A stretch of DNA of 64,000 nucleotides from an uncultured bacterium (GCA_903925685.1 CAIYGI010000112.1:1784-65783); one strand, 5' to 3'. Counted from the first letter of the stretch, positions 46,250 through 55,510 are shown. The notes: generated by a model from the sequence alone, not told the origin. Numbers and translations are program-made.

Positions 46250-46690
46250 TAGTTTAGCCCATTGAAGAAGAAAGAGGCGGCAGGAGGGTAGCAGCCACGG
46301 TCTCTGGGTGGGTAAACAGTTGAAGAAGGATGGTCAGAGGGTTGAGTTTTTGGATGCTTGCGGTCTGGATGATGCTCATCAGCACCTGATGGTTGGCGAC
46401 GCCATTGTCCGAGCGGTTGCCAAAAGTGATTTTGCGCATGCCCATCGAACCCCGGCGCGGCGCTGGGGGTGAAGGATAGATGAAACAGCTCGTGGAAGAG
46501 GATTCGCATTTTACGATAGGGCACTTTCATCTGAAAATGCATGAAACTGGCCACGCTTTTGGCCACCGGCCCGATGTAACTTCCTGGCAACTCGCCTTCA
46601 CCCACGCCACAAACGACGCTCTGTAGTTCCATGCCTTCTTGACGCCAACGTTGGATGAACGTACGATGATCCTCGGGTGAATCATCATGC
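46250..46690 (-). mobile_element. decayed IS66-family transposase 3' fragment (frameshifted)
   Basis: Minus-strand ORF 46254..46445 (ITFGNRSDNGVANHQVLMSIIQTASIQKLNPLTILLQLFTHPE) matches the conserved C-terminus of IS66 TnpC (GRKNWLF.GS..G...A...SLI.TAK.NG..PYAYL..VL.RLP, from memory). Upstream pieces lie in other frames. The segment is AT-richer and lies between tag and the FGE-domain gene. Confidence 0.5.
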
Positions 46691-48516
46691 GCTTTAATTT
46701 GTATCTGACGCTGCTTGTTGTTGTAGCTGGAAGCTGGTGCGGGGCGGTCACCCGCTCCGAGCTTTCGCCTGCGGCGCGTGAGTTTATCCCGCCCCAGACC
46801 TCTGTGATCAAACTTAAATCCGGCATCACCGTGCATGGCGAAATCCTGCCCGATGAAGCGGGCGCAACCAATAGTCTCGCGATCAAGACCAGTTCCGGCA
46901 CGATCGTCAGCCGGCAGCGCTATCCGAAGAGCGAGGTGCTGGAAGTGCGTCCGGAGAATCTGGAGGAGGTGTTCGCCGACTGTCTCAAACCGCTGGTGCT
47001 GTCCTCCTCGACCAATCTGAGCGCCGCTGCCTACGCGCAAGCCGTGCCAATGTTCGACGAATTTCTCGTCAGATGGACGCAAAGCAAACAGGCGGGGTGG
47101 ATTACGGAACGGCGGGACGCCTTCGCGGCGGAACAAAAGAAGCTGGCGCAAGGCATGGAAAAAATGGACGGCGAATGGATGCCGCCCATCAAGGCCGCCG
47201 TGACCAGGTACAACAACCTGTCGCGCATCCTGTTGAAGGCGCAGGCCCAGTATCCCGGCATTGAAAATCCCGGCTACACCCAAAATCCCGCCGGACGGCA
47301 AAACTTCGAACGCGTCCTGACGGAACGCAAAGCCATCGCCCGCCAACTGCCGTCATTGATGACGGAACGCATCCCGATACTGTTGAAGGAAAAGGATTTC
47401 GACCAGGCGGCCGTCGAGATGGACACCTTTCTGCTGTTCTGGGTCGAGCGGGTGACCCGCAACCGCGCCAACGTCTCGAATCCTGTTTTCGGAGGGGAAG
47501 GCGAGTTTGTCGGCATGGATTTCCAGGTCCTGATGACCATGGAGAAAAAAATCCTGCAGGCCTACCTGAGCGCCAGAAGGGCCGATGAACCGAAGGCGCC
47601 GGCCAACACCGATACCAACATGGTCTACATCCCTGGCGGATATTTTCTCTTCGGCCGCGAGAACGCCACCCCCGCCGATCCCGATTTCCCCATGCGCCTG
47701 ATTTACCTGAAGCCCTACTGGATCGACCGCCATGAGGTCTCGAACGCCGAATACAGGGAATTCGTGAATTACGTGCGCTCGGCCCAGGACTACAGCATGG
47801 AGCATCCCGATGCCTCTCCGCTCAAGGATCACCAGGCCCAGGGATGGAAATCGCCCAACTTGAGCCGGGACCGCCAGCCGGTGGTGGGCGTGGACTGGTT
47901 CGACGCCTACGCCTATGCCCGGTGGAAGGGCAAGCGTTTGCCCACCGAGGCGGAGTGGGAACTGGCGGCCCGCGGTCGGGATGCCCGGCCCTATCCCTGG
48001 GGCGACGCGGCTCCCTCCGCCACGATCGTGAACAATCTCTCGGGACGCAGCTTTTTGGCCGCCGAACTGGACCGACGCGACCCGCCGCCGCCGCCCAGCC
48101 GTTTTTCCTGCAGGCGCGCGGAACCGCGTCCGCCGCGGGTGCTGCCGCAGGAAACCTGGGAGGTGGATCAGTTGCTGGCGCGTGAAGCCGCCGCCGGCCT
48201 CTTCATCGGGCGCGATCCTGTCGTCAGTCCCTTCGGACTCCTGCATGTGGCGGGCAACGCCGCCGAGTGGGTCCAGGATGCCTACGATCCGGCCGCATAT
48301 CTGGTCGTGAAACAAATAAACCCGGCAAACGACGCCAAGGGGCCCGGCCATGTTTTCCGCGGCGGTTCGTATCTCAGCGACGATGCGGAGTTGAAAACGA
48401 CCAGCCGCGGCAATGCCGCCTCGCCCGAGTTGCGCCGTGGTTGCCTGCCCGACGGCCGCCCTGTGATCGGCTTCCGCTGCGTCAGGGATGTCACGGAAAC
48501 GGCGGCTAAACACTGA
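46687..48516 (+). CDS. secreted protein with C-terminal FGE-sulfatase (SUMF1/formylglycine-generating-enzyme-like) domain
   Basis: Signal peptide; unknown N-terminal about 300 aa. The C-terminus (MVYIPGGYFLFG..VSNAEYREFV..PVVGVDWFDAYAYARWKGKRLPTEAEWELAARG..YPWGD..HVFRGGSY) is the FGE-sulfatase fold. Confidence 0.75.
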   Translation: MRFNLYLTLLVVVAGSWCGAVTRSELSPAAREFIPPQTSVIKLKSGITVHGEILPDEAGATNSLAIKTSSGTIVSRQRYPKSEVLEVRPENLEEVFADCLKPLVLSSSTNLSAAAYAQAVPMFDEFLVRWTQSKQAGWITERRDAFAAEQKKLAQGMEKMDGEWMPPIKAAVTRYNNLSRILLKAQAQYPGIENPGYTQNPAGRQNFERVLTERKAIARQLPSLMTERIPILLKEKDFDQAAVEMDTFLLFWVERVTRNRANVSNPVFGGEGEFVGMDFQVLMTMEKKILQAYLSARRADEPKAPANTDTNMVYIPGGYFLFGRENATPADPDFPMRLIYLKPYWIDRHEVSNAEYREFVNYVRSAQDYSMEHPDASPLKDHQAQGWKSPNLSRDRQPVVGVDWFDAYAYARWKGKRLPTEAEWELAARGRDARPYPWGDAAPSATIVNNLSGRSFLAAELDRRDPPPPPSRFSCRRAEPRPPRVLPQETWEVDQLLAREAAAGLFIGRDPVVSPFGLLHVAGNAAEWVQDAYDPAAYLVVKQINPANDAKGPGHVFRGGSYLSDDAELKTTSRGNAASPELRRGCLPDGRPVIGFRCVRDVTETAAKH

Positions 48517-48533
48517 GTCGAAAGGCGTGGATT

Positions 48534-50327
48534 ATGAAAAATCGTCCTGCATCGCTGCACCGCTGTTTAAAAACGGGTCTGGGCCTTGTGTGTCTGGTCG
48601 CCGCCCTGTCCGCCGCGGCCGACGAGTCATATCCCAAGCCCGGCTGGACCAATGCGCCACATCCCCTCGCCAGCGCGCAGGCCGTGCCCGGCGGCGAATT
48701 TAACGTTTACGCGGGACCTTCGCCGAAGAGTCTCAACTATTACCTCGACAACAATTCATTCAGCGCGACTTTTTTTGGGCTGTTGTACGAGACGCTGCTG
48801 ACGCGCCATCCGCTGACGCTGGACGACGAGCCAAATCTGGCCGAACGCTGGACGATTTCCGAAGACCGCAAGACCTTTACTTTTTGGATCGCGCCCAAAG
48901 CCCGCTGGAGCGACGGGCAGCCGGTGACCGCCGAGGATGTGCGTTGGACTTTTCAATCGCTCGTGGATCCGCGCAATCTGACCGGCCCGCACAAGGTCGC
49001 GCTGGAAATCTTTCAACCGCCGGAAGTCCTGGGCCCGCTTTGCATCCGCTTCCGCGCCCGCGAAGTCCACTGGCGCAACCTTTCGGCCATCGGCGGAATG
49101 GCGATCCTGCCGTCCCACGCCATGACCAACCAGGACTTCAACAAGATCAATTTCGAGTTTCCCGTCGTCTCCGGTCCCTACCGCCTGGGCGAGGTCAGGG
49201 AGAACCGCCACGTGCTGGTCGAGCGTCGCGCCGACTGGTGGCAGCGCGGATTGCCCAGCGCCCGCGGAACCGCCAACTTTCAGGGCATCCGCTTCCGTTT
49301 TTTTGCCGAAACCGAAAACGCCTTCGAGGCCTTTCGCAAGGGTGAACTAGACTACATGCCGGTCTACATGGCCCGCCTCTGGGTGAAGGAGACCGTCGGC
49401 GAGCGCTTCGACCGTAACTGGATCGTCAAACAGCGCGTCTTCAACTTCAACCCGATCGGCTTTCAGGGCTTTGCCATGAACCAGCGCCGCGCGCCGTTCG
49501 ACGACCAGCGCGTCCGCCGGGCGCTGGCGCTGCTGCTCAACCGCGAGCGCATGAACGCCACGCTGATGTACAACCAATATTTTCTGCACCGCTCGTATTT
49601 CGAGGATTTGTACGACGCCGCGCATCCCTGCACGAACGCCGCGACCGGATTCGATCCCGCCGCCGCCCTGCGCCTGCTGGCCGAGGCCGGCTGGAAGGCC
49701 AATCCCGCCACCGGCCTGCTGGAAAAGGGCGGGCAGCCGTTCGTCCTGCGTTTTCAAACCAACGGCGGCATGGCCGACAAATTTCTCGCCATCTACGGCG
49801 AAGACCTGCGCAATGCCGGCATCGAGTTGAAGGTGGAGCAGAAAGACGCGGCCTCGTGGACCAAGGACATGGACAGCTTTTCGTTCGATATGACCTGGGC
49901 CTCATGGAGTTCCGGCCTGCTCAAGGATCCCGAAGGCATGTGGTCGTCCAAGGAGGCGGATCGCACGGCAAGCAGCAATATTACCGGCTTCAAAGACCCC
50001 CGCGTGGATGCGCTGATCGAGCGGCAGAAGAGCATCTTCGATGTCAACCGCCGCCACGCCATCGTGCGCGAGATCGATAAGTTGCTGGTCGAACAGTCGC
50101 CCTATATTCTGCTCTGGAACATCAATTGCCGTCGATTGCTCTACTGGAACAAATTCGGCACGCCGCCCACCGTGCTGACGCGTTACGGGGACGAAAGCGA
50201 CGCCTACCTGTTCTGGTGGCTGGACGCCGATTCCGCCGCCGAGCTCAAGGACGCCCAGCAAAACAACCAGCCCCTCCCGCGCCATCCCGCCGAGGTGCGG
50301 TTCGATGAAGTCTTTAAGAAAGGATGA
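48534..50327 (+). CDS. ABC transporter substrate-binding protein, family 5 (oligopeptide/nickel/microcin-type, YejA-like)
   Basis: 597 aa with a signal peptide and SBP_bac_5-like length and pattern. No permease or ATPase genes are adjacent. Confidence 0.65.
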   Translation: MKNRPASLHRCLKTGLGLVCLVAALSAAADESYPKPGWTNAPHPLASAQAVPGGEFNVYAGPSPKSLNYYLDNNSFSATFFGLLYETLLTRHPLTLDDEPNLAERWTISEDRKTFTFWIAPKARWSDGQPVTAEDVRWTFQSLVDPRNLTGPHKVALEIFQPPEVLGPLCIRFRAREVHWRNLSAIGGMAILPSHAMTNQDFNKINFEFPVVSGPYRLGEVRENRHVLVERRADWWQRGLPSARGTANFQGIRFRFFAETENAFEAFRKGELDYMPVYMARLWVKETVGERFDRNWIVKQRVFNFNPIGFQGFAMNQRRAPFDDQRVRRALALLLNRERMNATLMYNQYFLHRSYFEDLYDAAHPCTNAATGFDPAAALRLLAEAGWKANPATGLLEKGGQPFVLRFQTNGGMADKFLAIYGEDLRNAGIELKVEQKDAASWTKDMDSFSFDMTWASWSSGLLKDPEGMWSSKEADRTASSNITGFKDPRVDALIERQKSIFDVNRRHAIVREIDKLLVEQSPYILLWNINCRRLLYWNKFGTPPTVLTRYGDESDAYLFWWLDADSAAELKDAQQNNQPLPRHPAEVRFDEVFKKG

Positions 50328-50429
50328 AGTATGTGGCCGCCGATGGCAGACGATGGGTGAGTACATTCTTCATCCCGAAAGCGAAGAAGAGAATTGCCAG
50401 TAGAATGAATGGATTGGCGAGCAAGTAAA

Positions 50430-50633
50430 TCATGTTTTTCGTGCCTTGTGGTCAGTCTCGGAGATCAGCGCATGATCCTCGACAATTCCGCTGCGGGCTT
50501 GCCATAGTGCACCATGCGCCGAGCAATCATTCGTAGTGCGTCCACATTTGGATGACTTTGACTGTCTTGATGCTGTCCAAGACTTGATACACAAGGCGGT
50601 GTTGAATATTAATGCGCCTTGCTCACCAGTCAA
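50430..50633 (-). pseudogene. possible degraded YoeB/Txe-family toxin remnant
   Basis: A 67-aa ORF overlapping the stop of the YefM-like region by 11 nt. It resembles YoeB weakly at both ends (IFNTALCIKSW with IWSEESWDDYLYW; GALWQARSGIVEDHALIS with SGFWSRRITEEHRLVY) but lacks the middle and C-terminal catalytic parts. Confidence 0.25.
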
Positions 50634-51561
50634 GTTCCTTGTCGCACTTTTCGACCGGCGTTTTCAATCCCTTTATGATGGAGTCCCTCATGCCGGGAAT
50701 GGACGACAGGTACAACGTTGCTTGAATCGCCCTCCAGTCATCTTCCGAGATAAGCACGGCGCTGTGTCGCTTACCCGCGATTTGCAGCGGGGCATGCGAT
50801 TCGGCGACATCGTCAAGAAGGGTGTAGAGATTTGGTCTCGTTCCGAAGGAGCCTTGGCGCAGGAAGGAGAGCGTCAGGGCAATGACCTTTGGGTTGCGCA
50901 TGATGAAGGGGTGGGCGGTGTTCACCGCGGCGAAATCCTTCATGCCAGCCAGTTTTGTCCGCTCCACCGATACTTTGCCGTCGTTGATGCCGGGGATCAG
51001 GGCCGAAAGGATCCAGTTGATGGAACGGGTGCCTGCGATCACGCCGACCTCGACCGGCGGCGCGGGGAGCCGGTTGGGTAGCGAGTTGCCGGCTGTACCG
51101 AGCTGCAGCCCGGCCGGTCCGTTGATCCAGCGAAAGAGTGAAAAGCTCCCAAGTTTGTCCACTACTTCGCTGCCCTGATTGGGCGGGGCCAGCATCACGA
51201 TTCGGCCGGCGTTCTCCAGTCTGTGCGAGGCAAAATATTGCCGCAGCACGATGTTGCCCAGCGAATGCGCCACAAAATGAATCCTGGCCGGCTTCGCGGC
51301 CTGGCATTGGGCAAGCAAGGGGGCCAGATGTTCATCGGCCAGTTGTTGCACGGTATTCTTGCGGGATGGATATTGCATCGAGTGTACGGCGTAGCCGGCG
51401 TCGGTCAAAGCCTTCTGCATGCGCTTCATGCTGCGACTGGTTCGCGCCAAACCGTGCAGCAGCATAACGATTTCCTGGCCCGGCCGCATGCGATTGTCGA
51501 TCGCCGTTTTGGCGGGTGTATGACCGAACATGGTTGCGGCGAGTTTCCTTATGCCAGGCAT
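50623..51561 (-). CDS. alpha/beta hydrolase (lipase-like GxSxG) continuing in frame into a Phd/YefM-type antitoxin-like C-terminal region
   Basis: The N-terminal about 220 aa have VMLLHGLARTS and FVAHSLGN (nucleophile elbow). The last about 90 aa (from the internal ATG, MRNPKVIALTLSFLRQGSFGTRPNLYTLLDDVAESHAPLQIAGKRHSAVLISEDDWRAIQATLYLSSIP...) align with E. coli YefM ([51 protein letters not shown]). No stop codon separates the two parts. Confidence 0.6.
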   Translation of the reverse strand: MPGIRKLAATMFGHTPAKTAIDNRMRPGQEIVMLLHGLARTSRSMKRMQKALTDAGYAVHSMQYPSRKNTVQQLADEHLAPLLAQCQAAKPARIHFVAHSLGNIVLRQYFASHRLENAGRIVMLAPPNQGSEVVDKLGSFSLFRWINGPAGLQLGTAGNSLPNRLPAPPVEVGVIAGTRSINWILSALIPGINDGKVSVERTKLAGMKDFAAVNTAHPFIMRNPKVIALTLSFLRQGSFGTRPNLYTLLDDVAESHAPLQIAGKRHSAVLISEDDWRAIQATLYLSSIPGMRDSIIKGLKTPVEKCDKELDW

Positions 51562-51580
51562 AATCCCAAACTGCGCGATC

Positions 51581-51896
51581 CTAATTTAGTTGATCGAGGA
51601 TTCCGTAAAACTCCTCAAGGGATTTGATGCATCTCTGCATCAGCACCCAGGCGCCCCAGGTTATCAGCAGGATCACGATCGTCCAGATGATTTTATTGCG
51701 CAGGCTGTAGTTCGGGTTGCGCCAGAGGAGCGGGATGGCCAGCGGGCCCACACAGAAAACCGCCGTGATCAACCAGCCGGTCTGAAAATACCAGGGCCGT
51801 CGCGGCTTTTTCAGCAGGAACTGTCCGCAGAACCGGCACAGAACGGCTTCTTCCTGAATTTCTTCCGCGCAAAACGGGCACTTCTTCATTGGCATA
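51581..51896 (-). CDS. small zinc-ribbon membrane protein
   Basis: The start is at [25 protein letters not shown] (CxxC...CxxC), followed by two TM helices. Confidence 0.55.
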
Positions 51897-51944
51897 AGTC
51901 GAGTATAAGGACGAAGCAGGATGAAGAGCAAGTTGCAAAGAACG

Positions 51945-51979
51945 CCACCCTCCACCCTCCACCATCCACCATCAACCTT
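51945..51979 (+). repeat. heptamer tandem array A (CCACCCT x2, CCACCAT x2, CAACCTT)
   Basis: Immediately downstream of the comF stop and about 50 nt upstream of the zinc-ribbon gene. Confidence 0.85.
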
Positions 51980-51983
51980 CTTC

Positions 51984-52703
51984 CTAGCCGCCGCGGGCAA
52001 CCGTGGCGACGAAAACGCGCCAGGCGCCGGCGGCGCGCAAGGCGCGCGCACATTCTCCGACCGTGCTTCCGGTTGTCATCACATCATCCACCAGCAGCAA
52101 CCGCCGCCCTCGCACCCAGCCTGGGTCGGCCACGGCGAAAGCGCCGCGCACGTTTTCGGCGCGCGCGGGGGCGCTGAGGCGGGTTTGCGTGGCAGTTGGG
52201 CGGATGCGGCTCAGCAGGCGCGGCATCAGCGGCAGGCCGCGGCGGCGGGCCAGGTCGGCGGCCAGCAGACGGGACTGGTTGTAGCCGCGCTCGCGTTCGC
52301 GCGCCGGGTAGAGCGGCACGAAGCAAACGGCATCCAACAGTTCGTCGCTGTAATGCGCGCGCACGCAACCTTCCAGAAGTTCGCCGAGGTCTGGGGCCAG
52401 GTGAATGGCGCCCTGGTATTTGAAGGCGTGCAGGAGATCGCGGATCGCGCCGTGGTAGCGGACCGCGGAGCGGGCGCGCTCGAAGGGCGGCGTCTTGTCG
52501 CGGCACCAGCCGCAGACGAACTCCGCCTCGGTCACGCCCTCGGCGGGATCGCCGCAGACGGAGCAGAAGGGCGGCGCGATCAGCGGCAGCCCGGCGACGC
52601 AATCCCAGCAAAGGTGCCCGGCATCCAGTCCCGGCGGCTGTCCGCAGGACGCGCAGGCGCGCGGAAATGCGAGGTCAAGCAATGACCGCCAGAATTGGCG
52701 CAT
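51984..52703 (-). CDS. comF: ComF family protein (phosphoribosyltransferase-type competence protein)
   Basis: An N-terminal double zinc-ribbon (CASCG...CWDC...CSVCG...CGWC) and a C-terminal PRTase motif [14 protein letters not shown]. Confidence 0.85.
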   Translation of the reverse strand: MRQFWRSLLDLAFPRACASCGQPPGLDAGHLCWDCVAGLPLIAPPFCSVCGDPAEGVTEAEFVCGWCRDKTPPFERARSAVRYHGAIRDLLHAFKYQGAIHLAPDLGELLEGCVRAHYSDELLDAVCFVPLYPARERERGYNQSRLLAADLARRRGLPLMPRLLSRIRPTATQTRLSAPARAENVRGAFAVADPGWVRGRRLLLVDDVMTTGSTVGECARALRAAGAWRVFVATVARGG

Positions 52704-52714
52704 GGCAAATTACT

Positions 52715-52751
52715 CGGGTGGATGGTTGAAGGTGGAAGGTGGATGGTGGTA
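52715..52751 (-). repeat. heptamer tandem array B (reverse orientation: CCACCAT CCACCTT CCACCTT CAACCAT CCACCC), ending about 10 nt upstream of the comF start codon
   Basis: Plus strand gggtggatggttgaaggtggaaggtggatggtggtag. It is an inverted partner of array A. Confidence 0.85.
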
Positions 52752-52792
52752 GTTCGTCATGTCCGCAATCAGTGCTGCCAGCTTACGGTCAT

Positions 52793-52856
52793 CTTCCACC
52801 CTCCACCCTCCACCTTCCACCCTCCACCTTCCACCCTTCACCTTCCACCCTTCACA
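52793..52856 (+). repeat. heptamer tandem array C, about nine copies of CCACCYT (CCACCCT/CCACCTT/TCACCTT)
   Basis: ccaccctccaccctccaccttccaccctccaccttccacccttcaccttccacccttcac, between the mtnP stop and the comF promoter. Confidence 0.85.
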
Positions 52857-52864
52857 TGGCACCA

Positions 52865-53752
52865 TTACTTTGCAGGCGATATATAGCGCCCGATCAGCGG
52901 CGCCAGCGACTTCTTGATGGCCGCGGGGATCGCGGCGGGATCGGTCATGATCGCGTATTTCAAGGCCGTCGTGCAAGCGCAGTCGCGCGCCTCCGGCAGG
53001 TTTCGGGCAAGCTCTTCGATGACCTGTTTGCCGAGCCCGACGTTGGCCTGCAAATGTCCCATGATGGCATCCACCGAGACCTCTTTCTCGGCGCGGTGCC
53101 AGCAGTCGAAGTCCGTCACCATGGCCATGGCCTGGTAGCACATCTCCGCCTCGCGGCAGAGTTTGGCTTCAGGCAGACTGGTCATGCCGATCACGTCGAA
53201 ACCGAGCTTGCGGTAGGTGTCCGACTCCGCGCGCGTAGAGAAGGCCGGGCCTTCCATGTTCACGTAGGTGCCGGACGGGAAAAGGCGCGGCGGTTTGTCC
53301 GCCCGCTTAAGCACATCCGCGGCCACGCCGGCCAGCAGTTTGCGGAAACTGTCGCAGCTGGGATCGCCGAACGAGACATGCGCCACGATTCCGCCGCCGA
53401 AAAAGGTATGTTCGCGCGCGGACTTGGTGCGGTCGTAGTACTGATCCGGCAGCACGATGTCGCGCGGCTGCAGGCCCTCGCGCAGACTGCCCACGGCGCT
53501 CACGGAAAGCACCCAGGCGCAGCCGAGTTCCTTCAGCGCGAAGATATTGGCGCGATGGGGAATCTCGTTCGGCAGCAGGCGGTGGCCCTGTCCATGCCGC
53601 GGGAGAAAGTAAAGTTCACGGCCGTGAAGACGTCCGTGCAGCAGCGCGTCGGAGGGCGCGCCGAATGGCGTTTTCACCGTCACCGACTCCACGTTTTTCA
53701 GGCCTTCGAGACGATACAATCCGCTTCCGCCGATAACGCCAAGCTTCATCAT
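52865..53752 (-). CDS. mtnP: S-methyl-5'-thioadenosine phosphorylase
   Basis: The start is at MMKLGVIGGSGLY. The PNP/MTAP family pattern is present (GVIGGSG, MTSLPEAKLCREAEMCY). Confidence 0.85.
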   Translation of the reverse strand: MMKLGVIGGSGLYRLEGLKNVESVTVKTPFGAPSDALLHGRLHGRELYFLPRHGQGHRLLPNEIPHRANIFALKELGCAWVLSVSAVGSLREGLQPRDIVLPDQYYDRTKSAREHTFFGGGIVAHVSFGDPSCDSFRKLLAGVAADVLKRADKPPRLFPSGTYVNMEGPAFSTRAESDTYRKLGFDVIGMTSLPEAKLCREAEMCYQAMAMVTDFDCWHRAEKEVSVDAIMGHLQANVGLGKQVIEELARNLPEARDCACTTALKYAIMTDPAAIPAAIKKSLAPLIGRYISPAK

Positions 53753-53808
53753 ATGCCAGCTCCCCCCCCATATCAGTATTCCCAACAGTCTTCAGCCTTC
53801 AGCCTTAA

Positions 53809-55080
53809 TTACGGTGTTTTCGGTTCGCTTTCCAAGGCATTCAACTGTTCCTCGATGCCCGCCAGTTCGCTGCGCAGCGCCGCCACCTGCCTGGTTACGA
53901 CCGGTTGCGCCGGGACAATTTTCGCCGGGCCCGCCTCGCGCTCCAATTGCATTTCCCGGTATTTCATTTGACGCAGTTGATCCAGGGCGCGCGTGCGCGC
54001 GGCCCCGCTGGACGAATCGGCCCTTTTGGCGACTTTTTGCATCTCCGCGCGGTGCAGGTCAAGGCGCTTCTGCGCTGCCGAACGTTCGACAGGCACACTG
54101 TCATCGGCAGACGCGTGCAGGCTTTTCAACTGCGCCTGGATGGCCGACTGCCTGTCGTGCAATTGACGGATCGCCCGGCCGCGCACAGACTCCTGCTGTG
54201 GCGGCGTAGCGGTGGCGGCGGGCGCGGATGTCGCTTCCGTCTGAACTGTAACCGGCTCGGGTGGCGGTGGAGTTGGAAGGACTGCCGTTTGGGGTGGGGG
54301 TGCGGCCTCCGTCTCGGCGGGGGAAAACTTTGGGCCGATCTGACGCGCCGGCTTGGTCAGGCGTTTCTGAACCGGACGATCCGTCTGATCCGACTGATCC
54401 GACTGATCGGTCCGATCCGGCTGATCGTTGGTTTCCCGGATCACGGGCTTGGGTTTTCCTGGGCAGAGCGGGTTGTTCGGATGGCGGGCGGCCAGCAGCA
54501 CCCGCGCCTTTTCCATTTCCAGGCGGTCCCTGTCGCTCAAAATTGCGAGCAGTTCGCGGTAACCGGCCCAGCGGTCCCATGTCATCTTCTCCGCGCCATA
54601 GAGCACGTCGCCGGCGGCCCATTGCGGCAGGCTGAGCACGGACTGCGGCGATGCGAAATTCCACGGCTCCGCATCGTCGGGCGGCACAAGCGTGGCCAGG
54701 GCGTCGGCGGCGTCTTCGGCTTCGTTGTTGCGGCCCAGGCGCACGAGCACACGCACGGTACGTGTTCCGACTTCACGCACCAGCAGGCCATGGCGCACGG
54801 CCGGCTCCGCCATTTCCCTCAACGCGTTGAGCGCCGCGGTATCGCTTCCCATTGTCATCAAAGCATCCACTTCTGTCAGGCGCGCTTGAAAACCTCGCAG
54901 ACGGAGATAGGTCAGCCCGGTTGCGGCTGCGGCTGCCACGATCACGGCCAGAATGATCCAAGCGAGCGCCTTGACGATGAGGGACGGCGTTCTAGATGGC
55001 AGGTTGCCGCCGGGTGGACTGACCGCCGGCGGCGCGGACTGCGCCGGACGCTTCACGCGAAGTGTGCGAAGCTTGGGCAT
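53809..55080 (-). CDS. membrane-anchored coiled-coil protein with internal DQS/DQT short tandem repeat
   Basis: The start was chosen at MPKLRTL (GGAGG 4 nt upstream). There is one TM helix (IVKALAWIILAVIVAAAAATGL), a Pro-rich linker and a C-terminal coiled coil. DRTDQSDQSDQTDRP is encoded by gatccgactgatccgactgatcgg repeats at about 54375-54420. Confidence 0.45.
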   Translation of the reverse strand: MPKLRTLRVKRPAQSAPPAVSPPGGNLPSRTPSLIVKALAWIILAVIVAAAAATGLTYLRLRGFQARLTEVDALMTMGSDTAALNALREMAEPAVRHGLLVREVGTRTVRVLVRLGRNNEAEDAADALATLVPPDDAEPWNFASPQSVLSLPQWAAGDVLYGAEKMTWDRWAGYRELLAILSDRDRLEMEKARVLLAARHPNNPLCPGKPKPVIRETNDQPDRTDQSDQSDQTDRPVQKRLTKPARQIGPKFSPAETEAAPPPQTAVLPTPPPPEPVTVQTEATSAPAATATPPQQESVRGRAIRQLHDRQSAIQAQLKSLHASADDSVPVERSAAQKRLDLHRAEMQKVAKRADSSSGAARTRALDQLRQMKYREMQLEREAGPAKIVPAQPVVTRQVAALRSELAGIEEQLNALESEPKTP

Positions 55081-55510
55081 TGCCTCCGCCGGGCTTGATT
55101 GTCTGACCCTGTCCGTGGACAAAGGAGGCCGGTTGGGATAAGATGATCCCCGCGGTTTGGAAGATGGCTCGGTCTCTGATTTATTCATAAATGACGGATC
55201 CCGCTGAATGGGCGAAGGGGAAGTATAATGCGACGGGACGTTCGTTGGGTAGAAAAACTTGAGGACGATGTGCGTCGCGAGGTCAGGGTTGGCGTCACGC
55301 AGCGCGGGATTAGCTGGCAATCCTGGCGTTCCGACGTCAAGCGCTGGGATTATTCGATGCTCCCGACGCCGCAGGATTGGACCGCCTTGGAAAGCCGCAT
55401 GGCCGACCGTTACGCCCGCCGCAATGCGCCCTATGCCGACCTCGAGCGGGTTCGAAAAGCCCGGGCCTCGGCCACAGGCGAGGATGCCGCAAAGGCCTAA
55501 AAGGAACCGC

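Noticed and set aside
46060-47346. 428-aa minus-strand ORF spanning the tag-FGE intergenic region and the 5' half of the FGE-domain gene.
   Set aside because: The part overlapping the FGE gene is antisense GC artefact. Only the 46250-46690 portion carries real signal, as frameshifted IS66 transposase remnants, and that is annotated separately.
51945-52856. CCACCNT arrays as a CRISPR array.
   Set aside because: The units are 7 bp with no spacers, and no cas genes are present. This is a simple tandem microsatellite, not CRISPR.
52710-53141. ORFs 52710..53141(-), 52695..52886(+) and 52739..53971(+) translating to PPSTLHLPPSTFHP-like sequence.
   Set aside because: They are translations of the heptamer arrays and of the antisense of mtnP. 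They are not genes.
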